Below, one piece after another: positions 55,373 through 64,000 of a stretch of DNA of 64,000 bases. Numbering within the stretch: position 1 is the first letter of the stretch; every line of letters starts with the position of its first letter. The position numbers were made by a program, and so were the translations under genes. The notes beneath the pieces were generated by a model that was not told the origin of the DNA, did not search any database, and saw nothing but the letters and a program-made list of their open reading frames with translations. The DNA is taken from contig ONOG01000010.1 of assembly GCA_900319385.1 (NCBI GenBank), forward strand, positions 17,022 to 81,021. Direction: 5' to 3'. Source of the stretch: an uncultured Prevotellaceae bacterium (GTDB lineage: Bacteria > Bacteroidota > Bacteroidia > Bacteroidales > Bacteroidaceae).

Positions 55373-57973
55373 ATGAACTTCAACAATTTTACCATCAAAG
55401 CCCAGGAAGCTGTGCAGGAAGCTGTAAACCTCGTGCAGCAGTTGGGGCAGCAGACCATCGAGCCGGCTCACCTGATGGCGGGCGTGCTGAAGGTCGGCGA
55501 AAATGTAACGAACTTTGTATTCCAGAAGTTGGGCATCTCTGTGCAGAACTTCCAAAACATGGTAATGGCAGAGGCTCAATCTAAGCCCAAAGTGAGCGGT
55601 GGCGAACCCTACTTGGGTCGTGAGGCTAACAGTGTCTTGCAACGAGCTGTAGATCTATCAAAACAGCTGGGCGACGAGTATGTAAGCCTGGAGCCGCTAT
55701 TGCTTGCGCTATTCATGGTCGATAGCTCACTATCGAAGATGATGAAGGACATGGGGTTCACCGAAAAGGAACTGCGCAGTGCCATCATGGAACTAAGGCA
55801 GGGGGAGCAGGTGAAGAGTCAGTCGGCCGAGGACACATATCAGGCTCTGGATAAATATGCCACGAACCTGATTGAGCAGGCTCGTTCTGGCAAACTCGAC
55901 CCTGTGATTGGGCGCGACGAGGAAATCCGACGTGTGCTCCAAATCCTTAGCCGACGCACGAAGAACAATCCTGTGCTCATCGGCGAACCTGGTGTGGGTA
56001 AAACTGCGATTGTCGAGGGACTGGCACACAGAATCCTACGGGGTGACGTGCCGGAGAACCTGAAACAGAAACAGCTCTACTCGCTTGACATGGGAGCTTT
56101 GATAGCCGGTGCCAAGTATAAGGGAGAGTTTGAGGAACGGCTGAAGAGTGTGGTGAACGAAGTCGTGAAAAGCGATGGTAACATCATCCTGTTCATCGAC
56201 GAAATCCACACGCTCGTCGGGGCAGGAAAAAGTGAAGGCGCGATGGATGCTGCTAATATCCTCAAGCCTGCGCTGGCACGTGGTGAACTGCGTAGCATCG
56301 GTGCCACAACACTCGACGAATACCAAAAGTATTTCGAAAAGGATAAAGCCTTGGAACGCCGTTTCCAGACGGTCATGGTGGACGAGCCCGACACAGTGGA
56401 TGCCATCAGCATCCTGCGTGGGCTGAAAGAACGTTACGAGAACCACCACAAGGTGCGTATCAAGGATGAGGCTATCATTGCAGCTGTCGAACTCTCGCAC
56501 CGCTACATCACTGAACGTTTCCTGCCCGATAAAGCCATCGACCTTATGGATGAGGCTGCGGCCAAGCTGCGCATGGAGCGCGACTCAGTGCCCGAGGAAC
56601 TCGATGACATCAGCCGTCAGCTTAAACAGCTGGAGATTGAGCGTGAAGCTATCAAACGGGAAGAAGCCTCCCCCATCCCCTCCCAAGGCGGGGAACTCCA
56701 AAACATTGAGAAGAAGATAGCAGAACTCAAGGAACAGGAGTCTTCATTTAAAGCCAAATGGCAAGCTGAGCGCGAACTGGTGAACAAGATTCAGCAGAAC
56801 AAGCAGCAGATGGAACAGTTGAAATACGAGGCTGACCGCGCTGAGCGCGAAGGTAACTACGGACGTGTAGCAGAGATACGTTACGGACGTCTGCAAGCCC
56901 TGGAACAGGAAATTCGCGACATACAGGCTGAACTGGCAAAGACTCAGGGTGGAAATGCCATGATTAAAGAGGAAGTGACGGCCGACGATATTGCTGAGGT
57001 GGTGAGTCGCTGGACGGGCATTCCTGTGGCCAAAATGCAACAGAGCGAACGTGAGAAGTTGCTCCATTTGGAGGACGAATTACACAAGCGTGTGGTAGGT
57101 CAAGACCAGGCCATTCGCGCCGTGGCAGATGCTGTGCGCCGCAGCCGTGCTGGATTGCAAGATCCGCGCCGACCCATCGGAAGTTTCATCTTCCTCGGAA
57201 CGACGGGCGTGGGCAAGACGGAGCTGGCGAAAGCGTTGGCAGACTATTTGTTCGACGACGAGAGCCTGATGACTCGTATCGACATGTCGGAATACCAGGA
57301 GAAACATAGCGTGAGCCGGCTGATTGGTGCGCCTCCAGGCTATGTTGGCTACGACGAAGGCGGACAACTGACCGAGGCCGTGCGCCGCAAACCTTACTCT
57401 GTTGTTCTGTTCGATGAAATAGAGAAGGCACATCCCGACGTATTCAACACACTCCTGCAAGTGCTCGACGACGGTCGGCTGACGGACAACAAGGGACGTA
57501 CGGTAAACTTCAAGAACACCCTCATCATCATGACGTCGAACTTAGGCAGCCACCTGATTCAGGAGAAGTTTGCTGAGGCGCATGGCAACATCGAGCGTGC
57601 TTCCGAAGAGGCAAAGCGCGAGGTGCTCAGCATGCTGAAGCAGACAATACGTCCGGAGTTCCTCAACCGTATTGACGAGATTATTATGTTCCAGCCTTTG
57701 AACGAGACTGAAATCCGTCAGATTGTACGCCTACAGGTAGAGGCCGTGCAGCGGATGCTTAAAGAAAACGGCATCAGTCTGCATTTGACCGATGCCGCCA
57801 TTGATTTACTTTCGCGTGCAGGCTATGACCCGGAGTTTGGTGCAAGACCTGTGAAACGAGCCATACAGCAACTCTTGCTCAACGACCTCTCTAAACAAAT
57901 CCTGTCGGGTCAAGTGAGCCGCGAAAGCGAGATTGTGGTGGATGCTAACGGAGAAGGACTTTCCTTCCGTTGA
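55373..57973 (+). CDS. clpB: ATP-dependent disaggregase ClpB
   Basis: 866 aa. Two Walker A motifs ([18 protein letters not shown]), a long coiled-coil M domain, Clp N domain. Confidence 0.95.
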   Translation: MNFNNFTIKAQEAVQEAVNLVQQLGQQTIEPAHLMAGVLKVGENVTNFVFQKLGISVQNFQNMVMAEAQSKPKVSGGEPYLGREANSVLQRAVDLSKQLGDEYVSLEPLLLALFMVDSSLSKMMKDMGFTEKELRSAIMELRQGEQVKSQSAEDTYQALDKYATNLIEQARSGKLDPVIGRDEEIRRVLQILSRRTKNNPVLIGEPGVGKTAIVEGLAHRILRGDVPENLKQKQLYSLDMGALIAGAKYKGEFEERLKSVVNEVVKSDGNIILFIDEIHTLVGAGKSEGAMDAANILKPALARGELRSIGATTLDEYQKYFEKDKALERRFQTVMVDEPDTVDAISILRGLKERYENHHKVRIKDEAIIAAVELSHRYITERFLPDKAIDLMDEAAAKLRMERDSVPEELDDISRQLKQLEIEREAIKREEASPIPSQGGELQNIEKKIAELKEQESSFKAKWQAERELVNKIQQNKQQMEQLKYEADRAEREGNYGRVAEIRYGRLQALEQEIRDIQAELAKTQGGNAMIKEEVTADDIAEVVSRWTGIPVAKMQQSEREKLLHLEDELHKRVVGQDQAIRAVADAVRRSRAGLQDPRRPIGSFIFLGTTGVGKTELAKALADYLFDDESLMTRIDMSEYQEKHSVSRLIGAPPGYVGYDEGGQLTEAVRRKPYSVVLFDEIEKAHPDVFNTLLQVLDDGRLTDNKGRTVNFKNTLIIMTSNLGSHLIQEKFAEAHGNIERASEEAKREVLSMLKQTIRPEFLNRIDEIIMFQPLNETEIRQIVRLQVEAVQRMLKENGISLHLTDAAIDLLSRAGYDPEFGARPVKRAIQQLLLNDLSKQILSGQVSRESEIVVDANGEGLSFR

Positions 57974-59444
57974 TGATATAGATGCCTGGATGAGTGGGCT
58001 GTGCTTTGAGGCGACGACCAGTCAAATCATAGTACAGCCCTTCTTGTGTGCTGTCATGACGAATGGACGTCGTATCGGTAATGCCAGTAGGGATGACCGG
58101 CACGCCGACATAGGCACGAAGGTCGTCGATGTAGCAGCGCTTGTTGGTGGTCTGCACGTCGATAGTAGCATGTGCAGGAACATTGTTGAACACAAGGGTC
58201 AGCGTCTCAAAGTCATCGCTCATGGTGGCGGTATAATCTACCTTCTGCTGCTCTGAGCCCACGCTGACGGTGAGTTGGCCTTCGACAGTGGTCCAACCCT
58301 TCACGTCAATCTCAACGATGAGAGGTCCACCGGCGTAATTGAGCGCTGTGGTGGTGAATCCACCCTGCTTGCTGCTGGTGCCCAGTTTGACGGCGCCGCC
58401 TGCCTGATAGCCTGCTGCCACGTTCGTAATCTGACTGTTGCCACTCCAAGTCTTGCCCGCTCCGCTGGAGTTAGAGCTATTGCCTTCGGAGCAGTCAGCA
58501 AAGGTCTCCTGGAATAAGAGGGTTCCCTTGGTGTAATCGCCAGCGATGACTGGGTCGGGGTCAACGGGATCCGGGTCAACAGGATCGGGATCAACGGGAT
58601 CAACAGGGGTGATGACGTGCAGTTCTGCCGTTGCGAGGTCGAAGGGTGTATTCTTCTTCGAGCCCCAGATGTAGTTAGCCAGGTCGGGATAGTCGATGAA
58701 GGGGTTGCGATTCTTCTGCACCAGGGCAGCACGTTCCTGACGCGTCATCTCCCATTCGCTGACAGGGTCCTGCTCGTTCCATTTCAGCAAGAGTTCCTGA
58801 AACTCGGGCTTGAGCGTGGGATAGGGCTCTTTTCGGAGTGCCACATCAACATCGCTGCGGTTCTGCCACTGGGCATCAGGATAGGCCGTGGCAACGTAAA
58901 AGTAGATGCGTGCAAAGTCGCCCTTGTACTCGTCGATGGGTTCAAACACCATCTTTCCACTGGCGCCCTTGCCTGTCTTCATGCGTTTGTTGCTGTATGA
59001 GACAGAGCCGATAACCACGCCAAGGGGATAGTTGCCTTTTGAACTGTTAGCTTGGCTTTCGGAAGGGAGTACCTGGAAGACGTCATTGTAGCAGCCAGGA
59101 GATCCGTCCCACCAGCTCTGAGGTACAGTGTGCTCTTTGTTCATTCCCGAGGGAGCATCACCATTACCTGTGAAGTAATGCACTTCTTCGCTGTAGTAGT
59201 CGAACACCTGATACTGTCCGGCTGCATTCTTCTTCCCTTCAATGTAGTCAATTTTTTCGTAAGAGACAAAGAGTTTCTTATAGTTTTCGAGATCCTTTCC
59301 TGTGTTGATGATGGTCTGCAAGCGACTCTTGAGGGTGGCGCCGCTGGTCTGGTCGATACTCTGGTAATAGTCAGCCGAGGGCTGAGCTACTGTCGCTGTA
59401 GCTACCGTAAGCAGTAAGAAAGATAAAAATGTACGATTTTTCAT
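57945..59444 (-). CDS. secreted endonuclease I-family nuclease with extra beta-sandwich domain and T9SS C-terminal sorting domain
   Basis: NKEHTVPQSWW and DVFQVLPSESQANSSKGNYPLG resemble endonuclease I (EndA/Vvn) motifs. PVDPVDPDPVDPDPVDPDPV linker. C-terminus ...[13 protein letters not shown] is Por_Secre_tail-like. Confidence 0.75.
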   Translation of the reverse strand: MKNRTFLSFLLLTVATATVAQPSADYYQSIDQTSGATLKSRLQTIINTGKDLENYKKLFVSYEKIDYIEGKKNAAGQYQVFDYYSEEVHYFTGNGDAPSGMNKEHTVPQSWWDGSPGCYNDVFQVLPSESQANSSKGNYPLGVVIGSVSYSNKRMKTGKGASGKMVFEPIDEYKGDFARIYFYVATAYPDAQWQNRSDVDVALRKEPYPTLKPEFQELLLKWNEQDPVSEWEMTRQERAALVQKNRNPFIDYPDLANYIWGSKKNTPFDLATAELHVITPVDPVDPDPVDPDPVDPDPVIAGDYTKGTLLFQETFADCSEGNSSNSSGAGKTWSGNSQITNVAAGYQAGGAVKLGTSSKQGGFTTTALNYAGGPLIVEIDVKGWTTVEGQLTVSVGSEQQKVDYTATMSDDFETLTLVFNNVPAHATIDVQTTNKRCYIDDLRAYVGVPVIPTGITDTTSIRHDSTQEGLYYDLTGRRLKAQPTHPGIYIINGRKVLLR

Positions 59445-59476
59445 ACGTTTAGATAGAACATTTTAGAGAAAATGAT

Positions 59477-59510
59477 GCCCCTATGCACCACCTTTGAGGC
59501 GCATAGGGGC
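59477..59510 (-). terminator. 10-bp-stem hairpin after the large T9SS protein gene
   Basis: gcccctatgc-(14 nt)-gcataggggc. On the minus strand it is followed by atcattttctct. Confidence 0.5.
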
Positions 59511-59529
59511 TTTAGGATTAGGGAATTGA

Positions 59530-62463
59530 TTACTTCACGAAGACCTTCTTGCCGCCGATGATGTAGAGGCCGCCGCGTGTGATAGCGTTGACTTTCTGAC
59601 CGGCGAGTGTGTAGATGTCACCGCTGAGGACTTCCTTGTCCATTGCGATGCCATTTACGCCAAGGCTTGTGCCGTCGATGATAGCGTCTTCGAGGTTCTT
59701 CACACCTGCTATGTTGAAGTAGTCTTCAATCGTGCCGAGGAGCAGAACTTCCTTGCCCACGTTAGCAGGGTTGTCCACGATGTTGAGCTTGTCACGCAGA
59801 GGTGAGCCAGCTGCCAAGGCAACAGGGACGCAGTCGCTGAGTTCGTAACCTCCTGCCACTGCCTTGCGTGCTTTCGAAGCGTTTTCAACAGGTGCAATGA
59901 TGATATTCGACTTCACTTCCTTGTCAGCTCCGTCTTTACCTGCACCAGGATAGATACCCGTTGTGCTGAACTTGTCTTCAGTGAATGTACCATCTACGCA
60001 GCCGATGATGATACCGCGTACCCATACGGGGTTGCTGGGCTGCTTCGGTACCCAGAGGTGCTGAACATCTGCAAGGGTGTAAGGAACTTCCTGAGTGCCT
60101 TCGCCTTCGTACTCATACTGGGGCTCGTTGGCCAGCAGTTCGTCGCGGTTGATGGGATAGACTTGAACGGCTCCGTCGCGAACGGTAACAATCACACTCA
60201 ACGAGTATGTTTCTTCAGTGCTGAATTCAATGCCACCGGCAACGCTGAACTGGTCCCAAAGCACGGCTTCATTGCCATTCTGGCTGATGCCAACAGATTT
60301 GCTATTGAGGGCGGACTCTGCAAAGAGAACATCTTCGAGTTTGACGAGACGGCTGGCAAATCCCATTGGTTCGGCAAGGATGTTGGCGAGTTCGGCTATA
60401 TTAACTTCAACGTTGTTGCCTTCCGACTGAACCTGAGCATCCACCTTGGTGAAGGCCAGTTCAGGCAGACCGTGGTAGAGGTAGAGTTCACCTTCCATCG
60501 TTCCACCGATGATGTCGCCAGCCTTAGGAGCAAAGCCCTCAACGCTGCCGAAGAGCAGGAATCCTACAGTTTGTGTGGCTGCATCAGTAACGTAAATATT
60601 CTTTCCGCTTACGTAAGTAACGAGCAGAGGATTGTTTTGGAAGTCATAGGTTACCACTGCGTGTTCTTCAGTAGCAGCCGAAACCAGTTCATGAATGGTG
60701 TAGTAAGCATTCTCAACAGGCTGTTCACCACCACCCTGATCGAACTCATCCTTATTGATGGGATAGAGCTGAAGAACTCCGTCACGTACCGTGGTGATGA
60801 AAGTAGCTGTGTATTCGGCATCAGGATCGAAGGTAACGCCTGTAAGCACCTGGAACTGGTCGAACATAACAGCTTCATCGCCGTACTGGTTGATATTCAC
60901 CTTCTTGTCCGTCAGAGCTGTGCCATCAATCATAAAGCTCTCAACTTTCACAAGCAAGCTGGCATTAGAAGCAGGGTCAGCCAACAAATCAGAAAGTTCT
61001 ACGGGATTTGCCTCAATGGTCATGTTTTCCGAAACCTTTAGTGCCGTATTGTTAGAGCTGGGTACGAGTTCGGGCAATCCGTGGTAGGTGTAGAGTTCGC
61101 CAAAGAGGGTGCCTTGGAGCACATCTCCCACCTTCAGGTCTTCGGGCAGGCCATTGGTGCCGTAAAGCAGGAAGCCGCAACCTGTCGAAGTCTCAAGTAC
61201 ATAGACGTTTGATCCGTTGATGTAGGTAACAACCACATTAGAAACAGCGATATATGCCTCCTTGTGCGTGTCAGTAGCGGCTGCAGCGGCAGCAGAAATG
61301 GTTTCGTAACGGTCGGGCTCGACAACCACACCGCCCTGTCCGTTGAGCGAGAAAATGTAGTTGTCGCGATCCATTTCGCGTGTGGAGTTGAATAGCTTAA
61401 GCAGACCGTAAACAACCACTTGGTCGCCTACCTTTATATAATCTTCCGTGGTCATGCTTTCACCATTCAAACCTTTACCGCGGTAGATTTCCAACGTAAC
61501 GTCGCTACCTTCGTCTGCAATAAAATAGGTAGCATTACCGTATTCAGAACCTGGAAGGTCTGTCATTTGACCATCCTTTTCAATACCCACCTGCGTGATG
61601 ACACCCTTGACATAAACCTTTTCTGTGGGCAGAGTATTGCTATCAAACAGCAGCATAACGTCAGCCACAGTATAAGGATTCTGAGCCGTTCCGTCACCAG
61701 TGATATCACTCGTTGATACGAAAGTATAGGCTACCGTAACCGTTGTGCTCTGAGCACCCGTAGCATCAACAGCATAGGCTGTAATTGTAGCGTCTTCGTT
61801 AACAGTGAAGGGGGCTGTGTACTTCTCGAATGAAGCGCCAATCTGTTTGCTCACCCAGATTTCACAGCCATCCTGTGCCGTGATGGTCACGGTCTGGGGT
61901 TCTGTGTAAGTACCTGTAGCAGGAGTGATGACGGGAGCAGGAACGAAGACACCATCGTCGGATGTCGTCACCTGAATAGGTGAGTCGATGTCGAACTGAC
62001 CAGCCTTTGTATTGCCGTCGGTGCCATAAGTTGCCTTATCGCCTACGGTGAAACTGACTTCCGAGGCGGAGCCTGTCCAAGTCACAGTCCAAGCATAAGC
62101 GTCGATGCTCACCTTACCTGTTGATGCTGTGATGTCTGTGAGGCGTTTTTTGCCCTGGGTACTGATTTTGAACACGATGGCAGTCATCGTCTTCTTTGTC
62201 GAGATGGTCAATGTACCCTTGGCATAGATGCGCAGGTCGCCAGCTGTAGCATTCACAGTTGGGTTGTTGGAGCCGTTATTCTTGACGGCTGTCATAGTGT
62301 AAGAATCAGTCTGGAGTGTGATTGTGGAATTCTCTGCTCCTGTGCCGATGTTCGACCAGTCGCTCTGTCCACTCCAACTGATTTCATCTGCCATGGCCGT
62401 GCCGCAGAGCATGAGTGCGACGGCAGTCATAGCGTACTTCATCGAAGTAAATAGTTTTTTCAT
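59530..62463 (-). CDS. 977-aa T9SS-sorted surface protein with Fn3-associated domain, two OB-like modules and an internal about 200-aa tandem duplication
   Basis: Signal peptide. PAPVITPATGTYTEPQTVTITA (chitobiase/Fn3-associated type). Two GT(A/Q)xxPYTxADV modules. Duplicated blocks share ...VTY..G.N.YV.....G.LL.G......GD...G...GELY.YHGLPEL... and ...VRDG..Q.YPIN.DE. C-terminus GGLYIIGGKKVFVK. Confidence 0.75.
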   Translation of the reverse strand: MKKLFTSMKYAMTAVALMLCGTAMADEISWSGQSDWSNIGTGAENSTITLQTDSYTMTAVKNNGSNNPTVNATAGDLRIYAKGTLTISTKKTMTAIVFKISTQGKKRLTDITASTGKVSIDAYAWTVTWTGSASEVSFTVGDKATYGTDGNTKAGQFDIDSPIQVTTSDDGVFVPAPVITPATGTYTEPQTVTITAQDGCEIWVSKQIGASFEKYTAPFTVNEDATITAYAVDATGAQSTTVTVAYTFVSTSDITGDGTAQNPYTVADVMLLFDSNTLPTEKVYVKGVITQVGIEKDGQMTDLPGSEYGNATYFIADEGSDVTLEIYRGKGLNGESMTTEDYIKVGDQVVVYGLLKLFNSTREMDRDNYIFSLNGQGGVVVEPDRYETISAAAAAATDTHKEAYIAVSNVVVTYINGSNVYVLETSTGCGFLLYGTNGLPEDLKVGDVLQGTLFGELYTYHGLPELVPSSNNTALKVSENMTIEANPVELSDLLADPASNASLLVKVESFMIDGTALTDKKVNINQYGDEAVMFDQFQVLTGVTFDPDAEYTATFITTVRDGVLQLYPINKDEFDQGGGEQPVENAYYTIHELVSAATEEHAVVTYDFQNNPLLVTYVSGKNIYVTDAATQTVGFLLFGSVEGFAPKAGDIIGGTMEGELYLYHGLPELAFTKVDAQVQSEGNNVEVNIAELANILAEPMGFASRLVKLEDVLFAESALNSKSVGISQNGNEAVLWDQFSVAGGIEFSTEETYSLSVIVTVRDGAVQVYPINRDELLANEPQYEYEGEGTQEVPYTLADVQHLWVPKQPSNPVWVRGIIIGCVDGTFTEDKFSTTGIYPGAGKDGADKEVKSNIIIAPVENASKARKAVAGGYELSDCVPVALAAGSPLRDKLNIVDNPANVGKEVLLLGTIEDYFNIAGVKNLEDAIIDGTSLGVNGIAMDKEVLSGDIYTLAGQKVNAITRGGLYIIGGKKVFVK

Positions 62464-62509
62464 AACGTTTTGTTTTTAGTAGTTAAACATATTAAGTGTA
62501 TATTCGCTG

Positions 62510-62517
62510 CAAAATTA
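62510..62517 (-). promoter_or_regulatory. candidate -7 box (TAATTTTG) for the large T9SS protein gene
   Basis: TAnnTTTG on the minus strand, 47 bp upstream of the ATG at 62463. Confidence 0.4.
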
Positions 62518-62850
62518 CGCTTTTATTCTGATACGAACAAATTTTTATTCGAATAAAATATTATTTCACTCTAAATGAGTATAAACTTCACGCATTGTTC
62601 GGATAGACAAAAGTAATTGGGAAACGACTTGATGCGGATTGGCTCGATTGATTAAGTTAAAAAAAAAGGAATTTAACATTTTAGCCCACCATTTTTGTGG
62701 GAGAATTTCGGACGAAATAAGTGTTAAAAGTAGTGTTCGGAAAGATGCTTCGCGTCATAAACACACAAAAAAGTCACAAAGGAAACGTAAAAAATGAACA
62801 TTAAGGGGCAATTATTGCCCAAAATATTGCCAAAACTCACTTTTGAAGAG

Positions 62851-63125
62851 TCGTCGGAGAGTAATCTGCTTGTCGGCAGAGCGCCGTCTGAGCATCGGCA
62901 GAGCGCCGTCTGAGCGTCGGCGTAGTGCCCTCTGAGAGTCTGCAGAGCGCCACCTGAGAGTCTGCAGAGCGCCGTCTGAGCGTCGGCAGAAGTGCCATCT
63001 TAGTGCCAGCCGAAGCGCCGTCTGCCGACAGCCAATGTGCCGTTTGCCGACGACAAAAGCGCCGTCTGCCGACATTCCGACGGCCGTTTGACGACGAAGT
63101 GCCGGTCGTTGGCTGTCTGGCAGAC
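62851..63125. repeat. about 12 contiguous degenerate 22-bp tandem repeats (consensus TCGGCAGAGCGCCGTCTGAGCG), non-coding
   Basis: The core G[CT]GCC[GAC]T[CT]TG starts at 62881, 62903, 62925, 62947, 62969, 62992, 63015, 63037, 63059 and 63081. No spacers between units. Confidence 0.9.
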
Positions 63126-63299
63126 TTAACTTAGTGTCGAAGCTTGCGCGATTTGCAGGCAAAGGGTCGGCAACTGACTTTTTCGCGATTCTCAGACGTT
63201 TACGGCAATGAAGTGTAGTTAACGAAATCGCAACTAAGTCTATATCAAAATTAAACAGGTAAATTTGGTTTCAAAGAATTCGGATCAAATTGATCCAAT

Positions 63300-64000
63300 T
63301 TATCGCCGAGGTGATTCATGTACGGCCTCTTTTCCGATATAGATAATCGTTGGCAGGTGGTCACTGAACCCATTAAGCCAAACGCCTCCAGCATGTGTAC
63401 GTCGCGGATAGCCCTTGAACTGTCCTTCCTGCTGCAGCAGGTAGTCACGGTTAAACACCTCCTGACGAAGGAAGCGCAGACGAGCAGGGTCTTTATGGAG
63501 GAGCGTACCCGTCATGATAATCTGGTCGAACAGATTCCACTTGCCGTTATACTTCAACGTGCCTACACCTTGTTTGCGCAACACGTCCCACCAAGGGTTC
63601 CACAAGTCCTGCGGTTGACAGTCTGTTTGCTTGCGCTTGGCACCCAATGACACAGCCATCGACTTGTCGTCGGGGTCGTCATTCATATCGCCCATGATAA
63701 TGATGTGGCTCTCCGGCTCCGTACGCTGCAGCGAGTCCTTAATCGCGCGAATCTGCGTACCACCCAGTTCACGATAGAAACTCGTGGCACCACGCGAAGG
63801 CAGGTGGTTCACAATCAGGTGCGTACGTTCGCCTCCCAACCATCCTGACATCACCAGGAAACCACGCGTTTTGTGTTCCGTTTCCCCCTCAGGATAAACG
63901 TATTGCACCAGTTTGTGCGACTCATACTTAAAGAACCTTGGGTTATAGAAAAAAGCACAATCAACACCACGACGGTCTGGTCCCTCCTCGTGAACAATCT
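63300..64000 (-). CDS. endonuclease/exonuclease/phosphatase (EEP) family protein, N-terminus beyond the window
   Basis: HLIVNHLPSRG, IIIMGDMNDDP and GFSDHLP are EEP catalytic blocks. The frame stays open upstream of the track GTG (…IVHEEGPDRRGVDCAFFYNPRFFKYESHKLVQYVYPEG) to the window edge. Confidence 0.8.
   Translation of the reverse strand, partial: IVHEEGPDRRGVDCAFFYNPRFFKYESHKLVQYVYPEGETEHKTRGFLVMSGWLGGERTHLIVNHLPSRGATSFYRELGGTQIRAIKDSLQRTEPESHIIIMGDMNDDPDDKSMAVSLGAKRKQTDCQPQDLWNPWWDVLRKQGVGTLKYNGKWNLFDQIIMTGTLLHKDPARLRFLRQEVFNRDYLLQQEGQFKGYPRRTHAGGVWLNGFSDHLPTIIYIGKEAVHESPRR

Noticed and set aside
56660-56705. Pro/Gly-containing segment [15 protein letters not shown] in the ClpB coiled-coil M domain, encoded by C-rich DNA resembling intergenic G/C hairpins
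   Set aside because: It is only about 4 residues longer than the equivalent linker I recall from other ClpB proteins. It is in frame and has no repeat boundaries. Most simply it is lineage-specific loop variation, not an inserted element.
62851-63125. Possible CRISPR array
   Set aside because: The units are directly contiguous with no unique spacers, the unit length is 22 bp (shorter than CRISPR repeats), the units are degenerate, and no cas genes are in the window.
62812-63162. 116-aa minus-strand ORF (…RRSDGALQTLRWRSADSQRALRRRSDGALPMLRRRSADKQ…) covering the 22-bp repeat array
   Set aside because: Its Arg/Ser/Ala periodicity is simply the 22-bp DNA repeat read through three frames (66 bp = 22 aa). 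There is no promoter box or plausible start context, and the repeat period is not a multiple of three. Treated as non-coding.

Overview
Chromosomal window from a Bacteroidota genome, by inference Prevotella/Segatella-like. Support for that: TAnnTTTG -7 promoter boxes 35-75 bp upstream of many starts, no Shine-Dalgarno sequences, two proteins with T9SS C-terminal sorting domains, and DUF4831/DUF4837/DUF4922-type families.

**Layout**
- 1-25.5 kb: housekeeping genes. These are pdxA, rlmN, glyA, nnr, hpt, adk, obg, pgeF, a GH51 arabinofuranosidase, tRNA-Ser(GCU), a Ca-type P-type ATPase, S41 and S9 peptidases, a MATE pump, and an odd Cys-rich lipoprotein.
- 25.5-30.6 kb: a tightly overlapping envelope operon (OM barrel, GT2, HIT/GalT-like DUF4922, SpoIID, AmpG-like permease).
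- 30.9-55.1 kb: one co-directional minus-strand string. A Wzx/Wzy-type polysaccharide locus (32.5-55.1 kb, about 23 genes) runs without a break into cstA. The locus contains a self-contained ACP-dependent acyl-assembly cassette, two initiating phosphoglycosyl transferases, three acyltransferases, a pyruvyl transferase/FrhB-like pair and a lyase-like gene. By eye it is mosaic in base composition.
- 55.4-64 kb: clpB, then a T9SS-secreted endonuclease I, a 977-aa T9SS surface protein with duplicated OB-like modules, a long non-coding region and a partial EEP-family nuclease/phosphatase.

**Not found:** rRNA, CRISPR array, transposase, integrase, prophage, or any recognisable defence or toxin-antitoxin genes.

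**Non-genic structure** is unusually rich:
- Three intergenic arrays of degenerate 22-23 bp phased repeats (4673-4716, 30655-30825, 62851-63125).
- A large composite palindrome with a 66-nt A/T-only core (4413-4640).
- A 22-mer present twice.
- Many heptamer/octamer/14-mer word repeats exactly at gene boundaries.

**Best candidates for undescribed biology:** the acyl-assembly cassette in the polysaccharide locus, the GT2-DUF4922-SpoIID-AmpG operon, the metallothionein-like lipoprotein, and the phased repeat arrays.

All functional calls come from reading motifs in the supplied translations. No database search was run.
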